Of a stretch of 64,000 nt of DNA, positions 41,263 to 51,360 are shown in pieces. Source of the stretch: an uncultured delta proteobacterium (GTDB taxonomy: Bacteria > Desulfobacterota > Desulfomonilia > UBA1062); assembly GCA_963785235.1 (NCBI GenBank), contig CAWAUM010000003.1, forward strand, positions 224,001 through 288,000. Direction: 5' to 3'. Position numbers and translations under genes: made by a program. Positions within the stretch are counted from its first letter, which is position 1; the number at the start of each line of letters is the position of its first letter. The notes under the pieces are model-generated. The model had not been told where the DNA came from. It ran no database searches and was given only the letters and a program-made list of their open reading frames with translations.

Positions 41263-42540
41263 CTATTCCTGCCTGATCCTGTCTATGATTGCCGTAGTGG
41301 AGAAGCCGTCTTCAAAAGGGATGGTGAGAACTTGGCCGCCTGATGACCTTACAACGTCAGCACCCACGATGTCGCCCACTGCCCAGTCACCGCCTTTGAC
41401 CAGTATATCGGGCCTTATACACCTGATGAGATCCAGGGGCGTGTCCTCCTGGAAGAGAACTACATGATCAACGCATGCAAGCGCGCTGAGCACTGCTGCG
41501 CGGGCACGCTCGTTGTTGACAGGCCGATCCGGTCCTTTGATACTCTTCACCGACACATCGGAGTTGAGCCCCACCACAAGACAGTCGCCCAGGGCCCGGG
41601 CCTTGCTTAAATAGGTGACATGACCCGCATGGATGATGTCGAAACAGCCGTTGGTAAAGACCACCTTCATGCCCCTGGCCTTCTTGGGAAGCAGTACATT
41701 ACAAAGCTCGCCAAGACCCATGAGCTTGGGTTTGCTGAAGAGTTCGTCCGGAAACGGCCTTTCAGCCAGGCGGGCACAGTAACGGCCTAGTTCAATATAC
41801 GAAGGTATAAGGTCCGGGAAATGTTCCAGGAGAGCCTTTACATGGCCTTCCACTGTTGCCCAATCACCCCGGGCAATGGGTCCGGTCAGGGCCGCCTTGC
41901 TGCCATGCTCCTCTATGTTGGACAGGGTCCCTTTAATGAGCGGCATGAGGTGATTCAGACCCATACCAACTTTATCGATGATTACAGACGCCTGATGTAA
42001 AAGCGCCACCAGATAATTTGACGCAACAACAGCAGAGGTGTGATAGAGCACCTTGTTTTCTTGCGTGATAGTCATCATGACCGCACCTATTGTGTCAACA
42101 AGTTCTCTGGCTACCCTGGCGGCCTCTTCCATTCCCTCGAAGGTGAAGATGCTCCCCTTCAAGGTCTGCTGTGCCTGGGCAGCATCGGTGATGGACTGAA
42201 GGGGATGGAGGCTGCCTATGGCCGCCCCAGACGTGGACAGTACGGCAAGCTCGCCGGAGGTGAGAAGCCCGCTGAAGTGAAAAAAAACTATATCTTTGGA
42301 TGACCGGCCCCAGGCTGCATTGATCTCCGCAGCAACACTGCGTATATGGCTGTCAGGCACTGTGATAAAAACAACCTGGACCCCTCCAGGGGAGCCGGGG
42401 ATATGGGCATAGACGGGAATATCGTTACTATGTGTCCTGGCGGACACTGTCCACACCGGCACATGACCCGCTTCCTTTAAGAGTGCAAGCATGGCCCCGC
42501 CCACCCGTCCGAGACCGATGACCCCGAATCTATAACTCAT
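41263..42540 (-). CDS. Fusion of a Rossmann-like/DUF2520 oxidoreductase and a D-glycero-beta-D-manno-heptose-1-phosphate adenylyltransferase (RfaE2/HldC) domain
   Basis: N-terminus GVIGLGRVG, FITVPD, HFSG, SLHPLQS, YHTSAVVASNY, ALTGPIARGD. C-terminus VFTNGCFDIIHAGHV, VGLNSD.SV, KGGDW, STTAII. Confidence 0.85.
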   Translation of the reverse strand: MSYRFGVIGLGRVGGAMLALLKEAGHVPVWTVSARTHSNDIPVYAHIPGSPGGVQVVFITVPDSHIRSVAAEINAAWGRSSKDIVFFHFSGLLTSGELAVLSTSGAAIGSLHPLQSITDAAQAQQTLKGSIFTFEGMEEAARVARELVDTIGAVMMTITQENKVLYHTSAVVASNYLVALLHQASVIIDKVGMGLNHLMPLIKGTLSNIEEHGSKAALTGPIARGDWATVEGHVKALLEHFPDLIPSYIELGRYCARLAERPFPDELFSKPKLMGLGELCNVLLPKKARGMKVVFTNGCFDIIHAGHVTYLSKARALGDCLVVGLNSDVSVKSIKGPDRPVNNERARAAVLSALACVDHVVLFQEDTPLDLIRCIRPDILVKGGDWAVGDIVGADVVRSSGGQVLTIPFEDGFSTTAIIDRIRQE

Positions 42541-43435
42541 CTATCAATCCATGGGCTTTGATCTGCTCATATCTGTCCCAGTCTATGGCATAAGAACGTT
42601 CTTCCATGGTCTTTATGACTATTCTCTTATACTGGTCATCTTCTACATAATGATGGAGCTTCCTGGAAATTGGGTAGATCTGCTCGGAGGTCCTCCATTT
42701 GACATTCTTGCCTGTGCGGGCATCGAGAAGACAGTCAAAGGCCACTGCAAAGGAAATATCCGCCAAAGGCCTTCCTGTGAGGTCTCTGAGCATGGCCTGC
42801 ATAATCCCGGCATCAACAGGGGAGAAGAAGGCGTATATCCGATCATAGATCTTGGTATACATGCGGGAATAGATGGCGGCAGAATGGAAATATTCAGGGA
42901 CATCCACAATTGCGTCCTTCCTGGATGACTTACAGAGATGATAAAGGAGCTCCTGCATGTTCTTGAGCCCTCCTATCCCTGGGTACTGCTGGCCGGGCAA
43001 TCTGGGCTTTTCAGGGCTGAAGGTGGCCTGCGGGTCCTGCAAGGCAACCCATTCGATGAGCAGCATGGAAAGACCTGCCGAAAAATCGTACGAGGGGATG
43101 AAGTCTTCCCTGGGTTTAAAAAAGCCTTCGCGCACGATAAGCTCTATGAGCCGCGTCTCTTTCTCCTGGGAGTCGAAATTCACATAGAGCCTGGATGTAT
43201 AGTCATCCGGCCTGATGATGCTCACCACAAGATCCCGATACCCCTTCTTGTGGAGGATGCCGATGATGCCTACACGGTCAAGCTTGGCCATCATCTTGTT
43301 GTCATCATACTTCCCCATGAAGAGATTGTTTGACGAGAAGAGATCTTCGAGCCTTTCCGGTTCTGTAGCTATGGAATAGGTTATGTCTTCCAGATATCTC
43401 GGGTCTTTTTTGCCCGGCTGCCTTAAAGGACTCAT
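42530..43435 (-). CDS. Conserved hypothetical protein
   Basis: LLIEWVALQDP...PRLPGQQYPGIGGL...PEYFHSA. Translationally coupled to both neighbours. Confidence 0.65.
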   Translation of the reverse strand: MSPLRQPGKKDPRYLEDITYSIATEPERLEDLFSSNNLFMGKYDDNKMMAKLDRVGIIGILHKKGYRDLVVSIIRPDDYTSRLYVNFDSQEKETRLIELIVREGFFKPREDFIPSYDFSAGLSMLLIEWVALQDPQATFSPEKPRLPGQQYPGIGGLKNMQELLYHLCKSSRKDAIVDVPEYFHSAAIYSRMYTKIYDRIYAFFSPVDAGIMQAMLRDLTGRPLADISFAVAFDCLLDARTGKNVKWRTSEQIYPISRKLHHYVEDDQYKRIVIKTMEERSYAIDWDRYEQIKAHGLIDEL

Positions 43436-44118
43436 TGTACTATCCTCCCAACGCTGGCGAAGAGCACATAGCTTGCTCCTGTTTTCTTCAGTGCCTTTGA
43501 AACCTCGCGGGCGGTCTGCCCTGTTGTCACTACATCATCTACAACTAGAACCGCCTTGTCTTGAACACCGGATGCAGAAAATGCACCCCTGATGTTCATT
43601 TTGCGTTCCTGCTTACGCAATCCCACCTGTGGGAGTGTTCCGCGCGTCTTTTTCAGGGCACGGTAACTTACGGGTTTTCCCAGCAAACCTGCAAGTTCCC
43701 TGGCGATAAGGGCAGCCTGGTTATAGCCTCGTGAAATCATCCTGGTCCAATGCAGGGGAACGAAGGTGACCACGTCACATGGCCTGCCTTCATCTTTAAT
43801 CATATCAAACAGGACCTGTGCCAGATACTTTTTATAATAGGTGGCACCGGCGTATTTGAAGGAATGAATGATATCTTTGATGTGCCCTTCAAAAATAAAT
43901 GCGCTCATCATCCGGTCAAAAGGGGGCGGTTCGGTCAGGCAACGCAGGCACACGCCCTGTGTACCTCGCGGCTCACCGCAGACAGCGCAGACAGGCCCCT
44001 GAATTGGCCTGATCCGACTGACACACTGGGCACACACTCCAAACCGGATATCTTTTGAATAAGCTCCACAGACAAGGCACCTGGGCGGGAAGAGGTGGGA
44101 GAAGATGCACTTGGGCAT
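43432..44118 (-). CDS. comF: ComF family protein (double zinc ribbon plus phosphoribosyltransferase domain)
   Basis: Four CxxC pairs, VPLH..R..RGYNQA, LVVDDVVTTG. Confidence 0.92.
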   Translation of the reverse strand: MPKCIFSHLFPPRCLVCGAYSKDIRFGVCAQCVSRIRPIQGPVCAVCGEPRGTQGVCLRCLTEPPPFDRMMSAFIFEGHIKDIIHSFKYAGATYYKKYLAQVLFDMIKDEGRPCDVVTFVPLHWTRMISRGYNQAALIARELAGLLGKPVSYRALKKTRGTLPQVGLRKQERKMNIRGAFSASGVQDKAVLVVDDVVTTGQTAREVSKALKKTGASYVLFASVGRIVQ

Positions 44119-44239
44119 TGACGGAGTGTACCATATACCCCTGAGCTATCACAATATACAAAGGCTGCAAAATGAATGATTTGAACGGATCAGGGTTTTT
44201 TTACTCTTCCTAAACGTAAAATTAAGATATGAAACCCAA

Positions 44240-45004
44240 CTATCGGTTGTAGTAATTCTTGTAATATTTATACTTGTTGTACTGATACTTCTTCACGGGA
44301 AGCTCATCTACGGCATTCAATACCGTGCCGAGGATCTTCTCCTTAGGCAGGATCTCAAGCGCCATCTTGAATTCAGCCTCCGAGGTATACCGGTACCTTA
44401 TTACCATGATGATCCCCTCCACAACATCAGCCATGATCTTTGGGTCCACGGTTGCCTGAATGGGCGGAGTGTCGATGATGATGAACCAGTTACCGTCACG
44501 GTCAGCCAGGTCTTTAATAAGTGCACCGGTCTTTTTTGATTCAAGCAGTTCCGAAGGGTTTGCCGGAGGTTCTTTTGCAGCCGGCAAAATGGTGAGATTT
44601 TCTATGGAGGTTGATAAAAGACACTCCGATACATCAGCCTTGCCCTGTATGATTTCACTCACCCCTATAGAGGGGGTATATTTGAAAAGCTCATGCAGCG
44701 AAGGTTTCCTGAGATCACAGTCCACAAGCAGCACCTGCTGGTCCTCTCCCTTAGCAATAGCAATGGCCAGGTTTGACGAAATGAGACTTTTGCCTTCACC
44801 GGGCAGTGCGCTTGTAACCATAATCACCCTCGGCACAGGCCTGTCAGCCATGTGGAAGATGTAGGTCCTGAGCTTTCTGATCTGTTCTGCCGTATAGGAA
44901 TAGGGCATATGGTGCATGTAGAGGTGATCATCAAGCGGCCCGGAAGTACCGCTCTCCTTGGCGAATCCCTGTTCCTGTTTTTCCAATGCCTTTAAGATGT
45001 GCAT
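44240..45004 (-). CDS. CpsD/CapB-family bacterial tyrosine kinase
   Basis: VTSALPGEGKS, LLVDCDLRKP, IIDTPP, C-terminal Tyr cluster KKYQYNKYKYYKNYY. Confidence 0.92.
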   Translation of the reverse strand: MHILKALEKQEQGFAKESGTSGPLDDHLYMHHMPYSYTAEQIRKLRTYIFHMADRPVPRVIMVTSALPGEGKSLISSNLAIAIAKGEDQQVLLVDCDLRKPSLHELFKYTPSIGVSEIIQGKADVSECLLSTSIENLTILPAAKEPPANPSELLESKKTGALIKDLADRDGNWFIIIDTPPIQATVDPKIMADVVEGIIMVIRYRYTSEAEFKMALEILPKEKILGTVLNAVDELPVKKYQYNKYKYYKNYYNR

Positions 45005-45007
45005 TGT

Positions 45008-46582
45008 TTATCCCTCCACGCTCACCCTGACGGATTTCGCATACAAAAACCCTTGATTCTTAAGCTGCTGAGCATAAACATCCGCTTTGTCCTGTTCCCT
45101 GAAAGTCCCGATGGTAACCCGGTACCAGGTATTCCCCTGTGTGTCCAGGTGAGGGTAGATCGTTGCCTTAAACCCTTTTTTGACCAGGTCGAGAAACACT
45201 GCTGTGGCCTCGTTGATGGAATGGTAAGATGCCACGCTCACCGTGAACAAGACCCTGGCTGTATCTGTTATTGCAGGCAGATTGATCCTTTGTCCCTCAT
45301 AGATTAAGTCGATATTCCCCAGGTTTGTGTTCGCCTTTCGGACCATGTCCAGGATTCCGGAATCAACCCTGCCGTAATGCCTGGCAGCAAGCCTGGCGAC
45401 CGTGTCGCCCGGACCGACCGTCATAACTACGCCCTTCGTTTGTTTTTGCTCTCCTAACGTCGGTGGAACAGCTGCGGCAGCTCCTGCCTGGTCCTGCATG
45501 GATACCTTGGGTGGGCCTTGTAAGACCGCCCTTTCAGATTCCTTCATATTCAGCGGGTATAAAGATCCTTGTGCACTATTAGATAGAGAAGATGGCTCAT
45601 GTGATATCCCGAGCATATCTTTGGATTTGTCCGTGATGTTTTGCCCGAGCGGAGACACTAAAACAACAACCAGTGCCGAGACGAAAAATAAAAAGGCAGC
45701 CGCCACGCTCAATCCGACCCATAGGCCTCTGTAGCCCTTTCTCTCGCTCATAGGTTGCCCAGGTATGTAGGGAACATGCTTAGCGTAGGTCTTTTCCATC
45801 CCCCCTACCACTTTTTTCACGAGGCCGGCGCTCACCTGGTTGAGATCATCGCTGTAAGCAGCAAGCAGAACATTATCGCAGACAATATTGATGAGCCTTG
45901 GAAACCCCCTGGTGTACCGGTAGATCTCCCCAAGGGCCGAGGATGTGAATAAGGGTTCTTCCCTGGGCTCGTATCCGGCTACCCTGAGCCTGTGGTCGAT
46001 GTAGTCCTTGGTCTCATTGCTGTCCAAAGGTGGAATGTGATATTTTACCCCGATCCTTTGTTTAAGCTGTCTGAGCTGAGAGCTGTTCAGCTTTTCATTG
46101 AGCTCCTGCTGACCGAGCAGCATGATCTGTACGAGCTTTTCATGCACAGTCTCCAGATTGGAGAGCAGTCTTATCTCTTCAAGCATCTCAAAAGAGAGTC
46201 CCTGAGACTCATCTACGATGAGCACAGCCCCGCCCATGGTCTTGAGCCTGTCCTCAAAATCATTGATATAGTTACGGGAACGCTTCTCCTCCGGCATGCC
46301 GATGGCTTCCCCCAAAAGGAAGTAGAGATTGTCGGGGTTGATGTGGGGGTTCTTGATCACCACCTTGGGAATTCGAGGCGGGAGCTTCAGCAGAAAGGCA
46401 TTTAAGATTGTCGTCTTGCCGGTGCCCACCTCGCCGGTAATCACCACAAACCCGCTCCCTTCCTTCAGGCCATACAGCAGGTGGGCCAAGGCCTCTTTAT
46501 GACCCGGGCTCATGTAGAGAAATTTCGGGTCAGGGGTGATGGAGAAAGGTTTCAGCTTGAGACCGAAATGTTCTCTATACAT
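45008..46582 (-). CDS. ExeA/GspA-like AAA ATPase with TM, LysM-like and SPOR domains
   Basis: MYREHFGLKLKPFSITPDP, TGEVGTGKTT, IVDESQ, GFPRLINIVCD; TM; VGPGDTV...IYEGQRINLP (LysM); WYRVTIGTF (SPOR). Confidence 0.88.
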   Translation of the reverse strand: MYREHFGLKLKPFSITPDPKFLYMSPGHKEALAHLLYGLKEGSGFVVITGEVGTGKTTILNAFLLKLPPRIPKVVIKNPHINPDNLYFLLGEAIGMPEEKRSRNYINDFEDRLKTMGGAVLIVDESQGLSFEMLEEIRLLSNLETVHEKLVQIMLLGQQELNEKLNSSQLRQLKQRIGVKYHIPPLDSNETKDYIDHRLRVAGYEPREEPLFTSSALGEIYRYTRGFPRLINIVCDNVLLAAYSDDLNQVSAGLVKKVVGGMEKTYAKHVPYIPGQPMSERKGYRGLWVGLSVAAAFLFFVSALVVVLVSPLGQNITDKSKDMLGISHEPSSLSNSAQGSLYPLNMKESERAVLQGPPKVSMQDQAGAAAAVPPTLGEQKQTKGVVMTVGPGDTVARLAARHYGRVDSGILDMVRKANTNLGNIDLIYEGQRINLPAITDTARVLFTVSVASYHSINEATAVFLDLVKKGFKATIYPHLDTQGNTWYRVTIGTFREQDKADVYAQQLKNQGFLYAKSVRVSVEG

Positions 46583-46590
46583 GTCATCCC

Positions 46591-48132
46591 CTAAAACGGG
46601 AGGGGCACCGGCAGCGAAAGGACAAAGTTGGAAAACTTTGAGATGATTATTATCATTGTCCCCACCAGGAAGATGGCCCCATTTATTCCAAGGAACACGA
46701 TCGTCATGAACCGCTCCTTGTGCTTGTCACTCTCAGTGGAGGCCAGGGGGATAGCGGTAATGCAGGGAATATTACCGGACCAGGCCTCAAGCTGCTTGAC
46801 CCCTTTGACCGTGTTATCGAGCATCTCGAGCACAACAATGATCCCGGCCCCGGTCCCAAGACCAAGGGCAAGAAAGATAAGGGCAATCCTCATGGGATTG
46901 GGGCTCACAGGGGTCTGGGGTGGCTCGGCATAATCCACCACTCTGAACTGTTCACCCTGCTGCCGTTTTTCCATATCCTCGGCCCGTCTGGCCTCATAAA
47001 ACCTGTCAAGAAGACGCTGGTAATTCTGTTGTGTGATGTTATAGTCCCTCGTGAGTCCGGCAAGGTCCTGCTCCCGCTTGGGGGTTTCCTCCACACGACC
47101 CTGGTACTGCTCAATCTGGGCCTTTAATCGCTCCGAGTCCTTTTGCAATGAAGCCACTTCAAAATTAGCATTGTTGAGCTGGTTACGCAGATCAGCTACC
47201 TGGGGATCCACTCGGCCTGAAGAGGACTTTTCAGGATGTTTCTCAAGCTCAGCTATCTGATTCTCAAGCCGCTTTATCTCCGGATAATCAGGTGTGTACT
47301 TTGTCTTCATTTCATCGAGCTGATTTTTTAAATCAGCAAGACGTTGCCCCCTCTGTGATGATGTACCGGGTGTGCCTGCCTCAGCCCGGGAGAGCTGGCT
47401 CTGTATGGTAAGTTTACGGTTCATGGCCTCGGTCAGTGAGCTCTGAAGAGACTCGAGGCGTGTCTGAAAGCTGGTAATGGTAGAGATATTGCTCTGGAGC
47501 TGATCAGGGAGTTTGCCGATGTATCGGTTCCGATACTCCTGCACCTTTGCCTCCTGCTGAGACAGCAGGGCCTTCAACTCCTCAAGCTGTTTCTGCAGGA
47601 ATGCCGTGGTCTCAGTAGCCTGGCGCGCCCTGAGCTTGAGATTGCTGTCAATAAAATAAGATGCCAGCCTGTTGGTCACATCAGCTACTTCTTTGGGCTT
47701 TCCCCCTCTGTAGGTGATGGAAAAAGAACTCACCTGTCCAGGTTGACCTTGACCGCCACTCGTAGTTATGGTGATCTTTTTGCGAAGTGAGGCAACCAGG
47801 ATATCCATGGGTGTGCCCGTACCCCTCTCGCGCATATATAAGTTCATCTCTTTGATAATGGTTTCAAGGTTAGACCGGGAAAGTACCTCCTGGGACAAGG
47901 TTCTCACCTGTTCTTCCACCCCGGAGCTCACTGTCGCCTGCACATAATTTTGCGGGATTCCCTGGGGCTGCACAAGAATGAGGGTAGTTGCCTCATATGC
48001 CCTTGGAATCACGACATACATCCATATGCCTGCCAAGACGAAAAATATGAGCGGCATGCTTACCCAGTACCATTTCCGGATAAGCGCATCCAAAAGATCC
48101 TGGATGCTCATGGATTGTTTCTGTTCTGTCAA
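46591..48132 (-). CDS. Polysaccharide chain-length determinant/co-polymerase (GumC/Wzc periplasmic part)
   Basis: N-terminal TM, YEATTLILV, coiled coils, YTPDYPEI, L.RDY, FRVVDYA.PP.TPVSPN, TM. Confidence 0.9.
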   Translation of the reverse strand: MTEQKQSMSIQDLLDALIRKWYWVSMPLIFFVLAGIWMYVVIPRAYEATTLILVQPQGIPQNYVQATVSSGVEEQVRTLSQEVLSRSNLETIIKEMNLYMRERGTGTPMDILVASLRKKITITTSGGQGQPGQVSSFSITYRGGKPKEVADVTNRLASYFIDSNLKLRARQATETTAFLQKQLEELKALLSQQEAKVQEYRNRYIGKLPDQLQSNISTITSFQTRLESLQSSLTEAMNRKLTIQSQLSRAEAGTPGTSSQRGQRLADLKNQLDEMKTKYTPDYPEIKRLENQIAELEKHPEKSSSGRVDPQVADLRNQLNNANFEVASLQKDSERLKAQIEQYQGRVEETPKREQDLAGLTRDYNITQQNYQRLLDRFYEARRAEDMEKRQQGEQFRVVDYAEPPQTPVSPNPMRIALIFLALGLGTGAGIIVVLEMLDNTVKGVKQLEAWSGNIPCITAIPLASTESDKHKERFMTIVFLGINGAIFLVGTMIIIISKFSNFVLSLPVPLPF

Positions 48133-49349
48133 TATCTTGCCTCCATAACTACCCTATATCGGTTTTCCCTGACTGTATCTGAAGACTCATACCTTGTCTC
48201 GAGATGCTCATATATAATATTCCCTGTAAAATATTCAATGGGTCTCCAGGTGAGAGAAACATTTGTGGTGGATTCTGTCTCATCCTCTTCTTGGGTTTCC
48301 GCAGATGGTTTTCGCTCAGTAATGGTAAATTCTGTGGAGGTTGACCACGCCTGAAGCCACTGCCTGATCCAGGTTAATGATGCTGTTTTTGTATCATACG
48401 TGCCATACCGGTTGTCAGTAAACTCAGTGGTATATTCTTTTGCCAGGCTCACATTGAATCGGTCATCGCCCAGACTCTTATCAAGGGATAGCCGCGCTAA
48501 GTATGCGTTCTGGCTATCCTGGTTTTCAATGATAAGCCAGCTGTAACCACCGGTTGCGCTCATCGTTGTTGAGGGACTTATGGTATACTGCCCTGTCAGG
48601 CTGGCATCATAACGGTCTTCATTGGGATCATCTCCCCTGTCGTAATGGTTGTATGCAGTGCCAAGGCTGAGGCTGAAAACCGGCGAAAAGACATGCCGAA
48701 AGTCCATTGAACCCTGAGTTTCAACGACATCCTGGCTGATCTCATAAAAGTAATAATTTTGGAGACCTGTTATGGTAATTGTGTCCAGAGGACTCAGTTG
48801 ATGCGTAATACCGATATTTCCACCCCTATTAACCAGGTCCTCTTCTTCTGAAGCATCACTGATCCAATTTTCCGTAAGGATGCTTCCTCCCGCATTCATG
48901 CGTGTATCGTGTGATATTTCAAAAGTGTATCCGATGCTCCCGCTGTGCCTATATACCTCACCAAAGGGCTCTGCGAGGCTTTCCCGAGTCATTGTTCGCT
49001 GAAACCCGTAAGAGAACCTTGTTTCCTGTCGAGGGGCTGTAAATAAAGCATTTGAAATCAGACTAATATCAGGGCTGTCGTCCTCAGGAAACCGCTGGTG
49101 AAAACTCTTGGTATACCTTCCGGTGAAGTCAAATGTTGCTGAAGGAGACAGGCACCTTAAATTCAGGCTGGGTCCTACATAATAGGTACTCTCACTGAGC
49201 TTATCTTGCGCAACACCCTGGTAATTGTCTGAATACTCATAGGAGGTGTATAGACCGGGGTGGGCCTCGAAGGTAAAGGCCATAAGGTCAAATCCCGGCA
49301 GCAGGATGATTGCCAGGCAGAGGATGCCAGGGATCGTGTGCTTCCTCAC
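48129..49349 (-). CDS. Outer-membrane beta-barrel associated with polysaccharide export
   Basis: Signal peptide, YEYSDN, amphipathic strands, C-terminal aromatic residue (ENRYRVVMEARY). Lies between the OPX and co-polymerase genes. Confidence 0.75.
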   Translation of the reverse strand: MRKHTIPGILCLAIILLPGFDLMAFTFEAHPGLYTSYEYSDNYQGVAQDKLSESTYYVGPSLNLRCLSPSATFDFTGRYTKSFHQRFPEDDSPDISLISNALFTAPRQETRFSYGFQRTMTRESLAEPFGEVYRHSGSIGYTFEISHDTRMNAGGSILTENWISDASEEEDLVNRGGNIGITHQLSPLDTITITGLQNYYFYEISQDVVETQGSMDFRHVFSPVFSLSLGTAYNHYDRGDDPNEDRYDASLTGQYTISPSTTMSATGGYSWLIIENQDSQNAYLARLSLDKSLGDDRFNVSLAKEYTTEFTDNRYGTYDTKTASLTWIRQWLQAWSTSTEFTITERKPSAETQEEDETESTTNVSLTWRPIEYFTGNIIYEHLETRYESSDTVRENRYRVVMEARY

Positions 49350-49888
49350 GGTATTATGATGGTATCTCCAGGCTTGATGGGGACGTCTTCGTTCTTACCC
49401 TTGAGTATCTTTTTATAGTCGACTTCCATCCTTATCTTCTTCTCCCCTTCTGCGCGGATGATGATGATGGACCCCTTATCGGCAAACTGGGTGAATCCCC
49501 CAGCTATGGGGATGATCTGGGTAAGGTAGAGTTCTTGATCAAGTGTATACTGACCGGGACGGATCACCTCTCCCTGAACATAGTATCGCTTGCTCCGGGG
49601 CTCCAGGACGATTATGGCACACCTTGGATCCTTTATGTATTTCGAGAGCCTGGACTCAAGTTCGGATTTTAGTTTGGGAGGCGTTTTCCCGGCTGCCTCG
49701 ATATCACCTATGAGCGGTAAAGAGATAAAACCATCAGTCCGCACGGTTACCTGTCTTGATAGATTCTGCTCGCCCCAGACTGATATCTCAAGAAGATCAG
49801 ATGCCCCGATGAGATAGCTCGATTCCTGGGCATTCATACTTAAGGGCATCAGCATACACAAAAGCAGACAACATATGCGCCTTTTCAT
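49346..49888 (-). CDS. Short polysaccharide export (OPX/Wza-like) protein
   Basis: YLIGASDLLEISVW...VRTDGFISLPLIGDI.AAG (Poly_export), GEV..PG..AGGF (SLBB), PGDTIIIP. No C-terminal helix. Confidence 0.9.
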   Translation of the reverse strand: MKRRICCLLLCMLMPLSMNAQESSYLIGASDLLEISVWGEQNLSRQVTVRTDGFISLPLIGDIEAAGKTPPKLKSELESRLSKYIKDPRCAIIVLEPRSKRYYVQGEVIRPGQYTLDQELYLTQIIPIAGGFTQFADKGSIIIIRAEGEKKIRMEVDYKKILKGKNEDVPIKPGDTIIIP

Positions 49889-49902
49889 CACCAGACCCCC
49901 CT

Positions 49903-51321
49903 TCATTTCTCGATCCCGCATTCTTTGATCTTGTACAGGAGTGCCTTATAACTCACCTGGAGAAGGTTGGCCGCCTTCTTTTTGTTCCAGTTCGTTCCAC
50001 GCAGTGCCTTGAGGATCATGTCCCTCTCGGCCTTGACCGTTGCCTCCTTGGCTGCTACCTTGAGCGGTACGATCTCGTCCGGACCATTAGGGGTAATCAT
50101 CTCAAGAACCCGGTCCTTGACGTCTGGAGACCTTTTATCCACAATAACACCGCTTCCGCCCTTGAGGTAAATGATCATCTCTTCGATATTTCCCAAGATC
50201 ACAAGCCGTTTGACCTGATTCTTCAGCTCTCTTACATTTCCCGGCCATTGGTAGGACAGGAGCATGGGATACATGTCTTCCTTGTTGACCTGGATATTCT
50301 TCCCATACTTCTCATTGTAGGTGTCCAGGAAATACTCAAACAGATAGGTAATATCCTCTCTCCGTTCGGTCAAGGGGGGGATATGAATACTCACGACATT
50401 CAGCCTGTAATAAATGTCCTCGCGGAAGGTCCCCTGCTCGATTGCCTTCTTCAGGTCTCTGTTTGTTGCGGTTATAATGCGGACATTCACCTGAACATCC
50501 TGCTTGCCGCCCAGGCGTGAAAAGGTGCCTTCCTGGAGCACCTGCAGGAGTTTGGACTGAATGCTGAGATCCATCTCTCCTATCTCATCAAGAAAGATAG
50601 TCCCGTTGTTGGCAAGCTCGAATTTGCCGGGCTTGGACCGGTATGCCCCGGTAAAGGCGCCTCGCTCGTAGCCGAAGAGTTCCGACTCCAAGAGTTCATG
50701 GGGCAAGGCAGCGCAGTTAACCTTTATAAAAGGTTTGTCCTTCAACCGCGATTTGAAGTGGAGAGACCGTGCTACGAGCTCTTTGCCCGTACCGCTCTCA
50801 CCCTCGATGAGCACGCTCACATCCGTCTCGGCTACCTGGTCCGTAAGGTCCTTCACCTTCTGCATCTTGGGGCTGTTAAAAATGAAATCGCCCTTGAGCT
50901 CATCTACGCGGAGCTGTTTTCTCAGAGAAGTTATCTCGGAGAGAAGCCTTCTCTTTTCCAGAGACTTGGTGATGGCAAGTTCGAGTTCCTCTTCTTCAAA
51001 CGGCTTCACCAGATAATCGGTAGCACCGGCCTTCATGGCCTTCACAATGATGGTGGTCTGCCCCAAGGCGGAAAGCATGAGAATCGGAAGGTCCTTGGAT
51101 ATCTTCCTGATTTCGCCCAGGGTCTCCAGTCCGTCCATGTCGGGCATGAGGATATCAAGGATGGCCAGTGAGAATTCCTGGCCTGCCCTCAATTCCTTCA
51201 GGGCGTCTTTGCCGCTTGGAACCGCATAGACATCATACCCGCCCTGAGTAAGCAGCTTGACGATGTACCTCCGAATGCTCTCGTCGTCATCTACAACCAG
51301 TATCCTAATATTCTCTCTCAT
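49903..51321 (-). CDS. Sigma54-dependent response regulator (NtrC/AtoC family)
   Basis: Receiver ILVVDDD...LDILMP; GESGTGKE, ESELFGYERGAFTGA, FREDIYYRLNV, WPGNVREL; Fis HTH. Confidence 0.95.
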   Translation of the reverse strand: MRENIRILVVDDDESIRRYIVKLLTQGGYDVYAVPSGKDALKELRAGQEFSLAILDILMPDMDGLETLGEIRKISKDLPILMLSALGQTTIIVKAMKAGATDYLVKPFEEEELELAITKSLEKRRLLSEITSLRKQLRVDELKGDFIFNSPKMQKVKDLTDQVAETDVSVLIEGESGTGKELVARSLHFKSRLKDKPFIKVNCAALPHELLESELFGYERGAFTGAYRSKPGKFELANNGTIFLDEIGEMDLSIQSKLLQVLQEGTFSRLGGKQDVQVNVRIITATNRDLKKAIEQGTFREDIYYRLNVVSIHIPPLTERREDITYLFEYFLDTYNEKYGKNIQVNKEDMYPMLLSYQWPGNVRELKNQVKRLVILGNIEEMIIYLKGGSGVIVDKRSPDVKDRVLEMITPNGPDEIVPLKVAAKEATVKAERDMILKALRGTNWNKKKAANLLQVSYKALLYKIKECGIEK

Positions 51322-51360
51322 CAATATTCTTTCCCTATATGTCGCAAGATACAAAATACA

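Noticed and set aside
36010-44118. comEA and comF as a dedicated competence island
   Set aside because: They are 7 kb apart in separate transcription units among housekeeping genes, which is the usual scattered arrangement.
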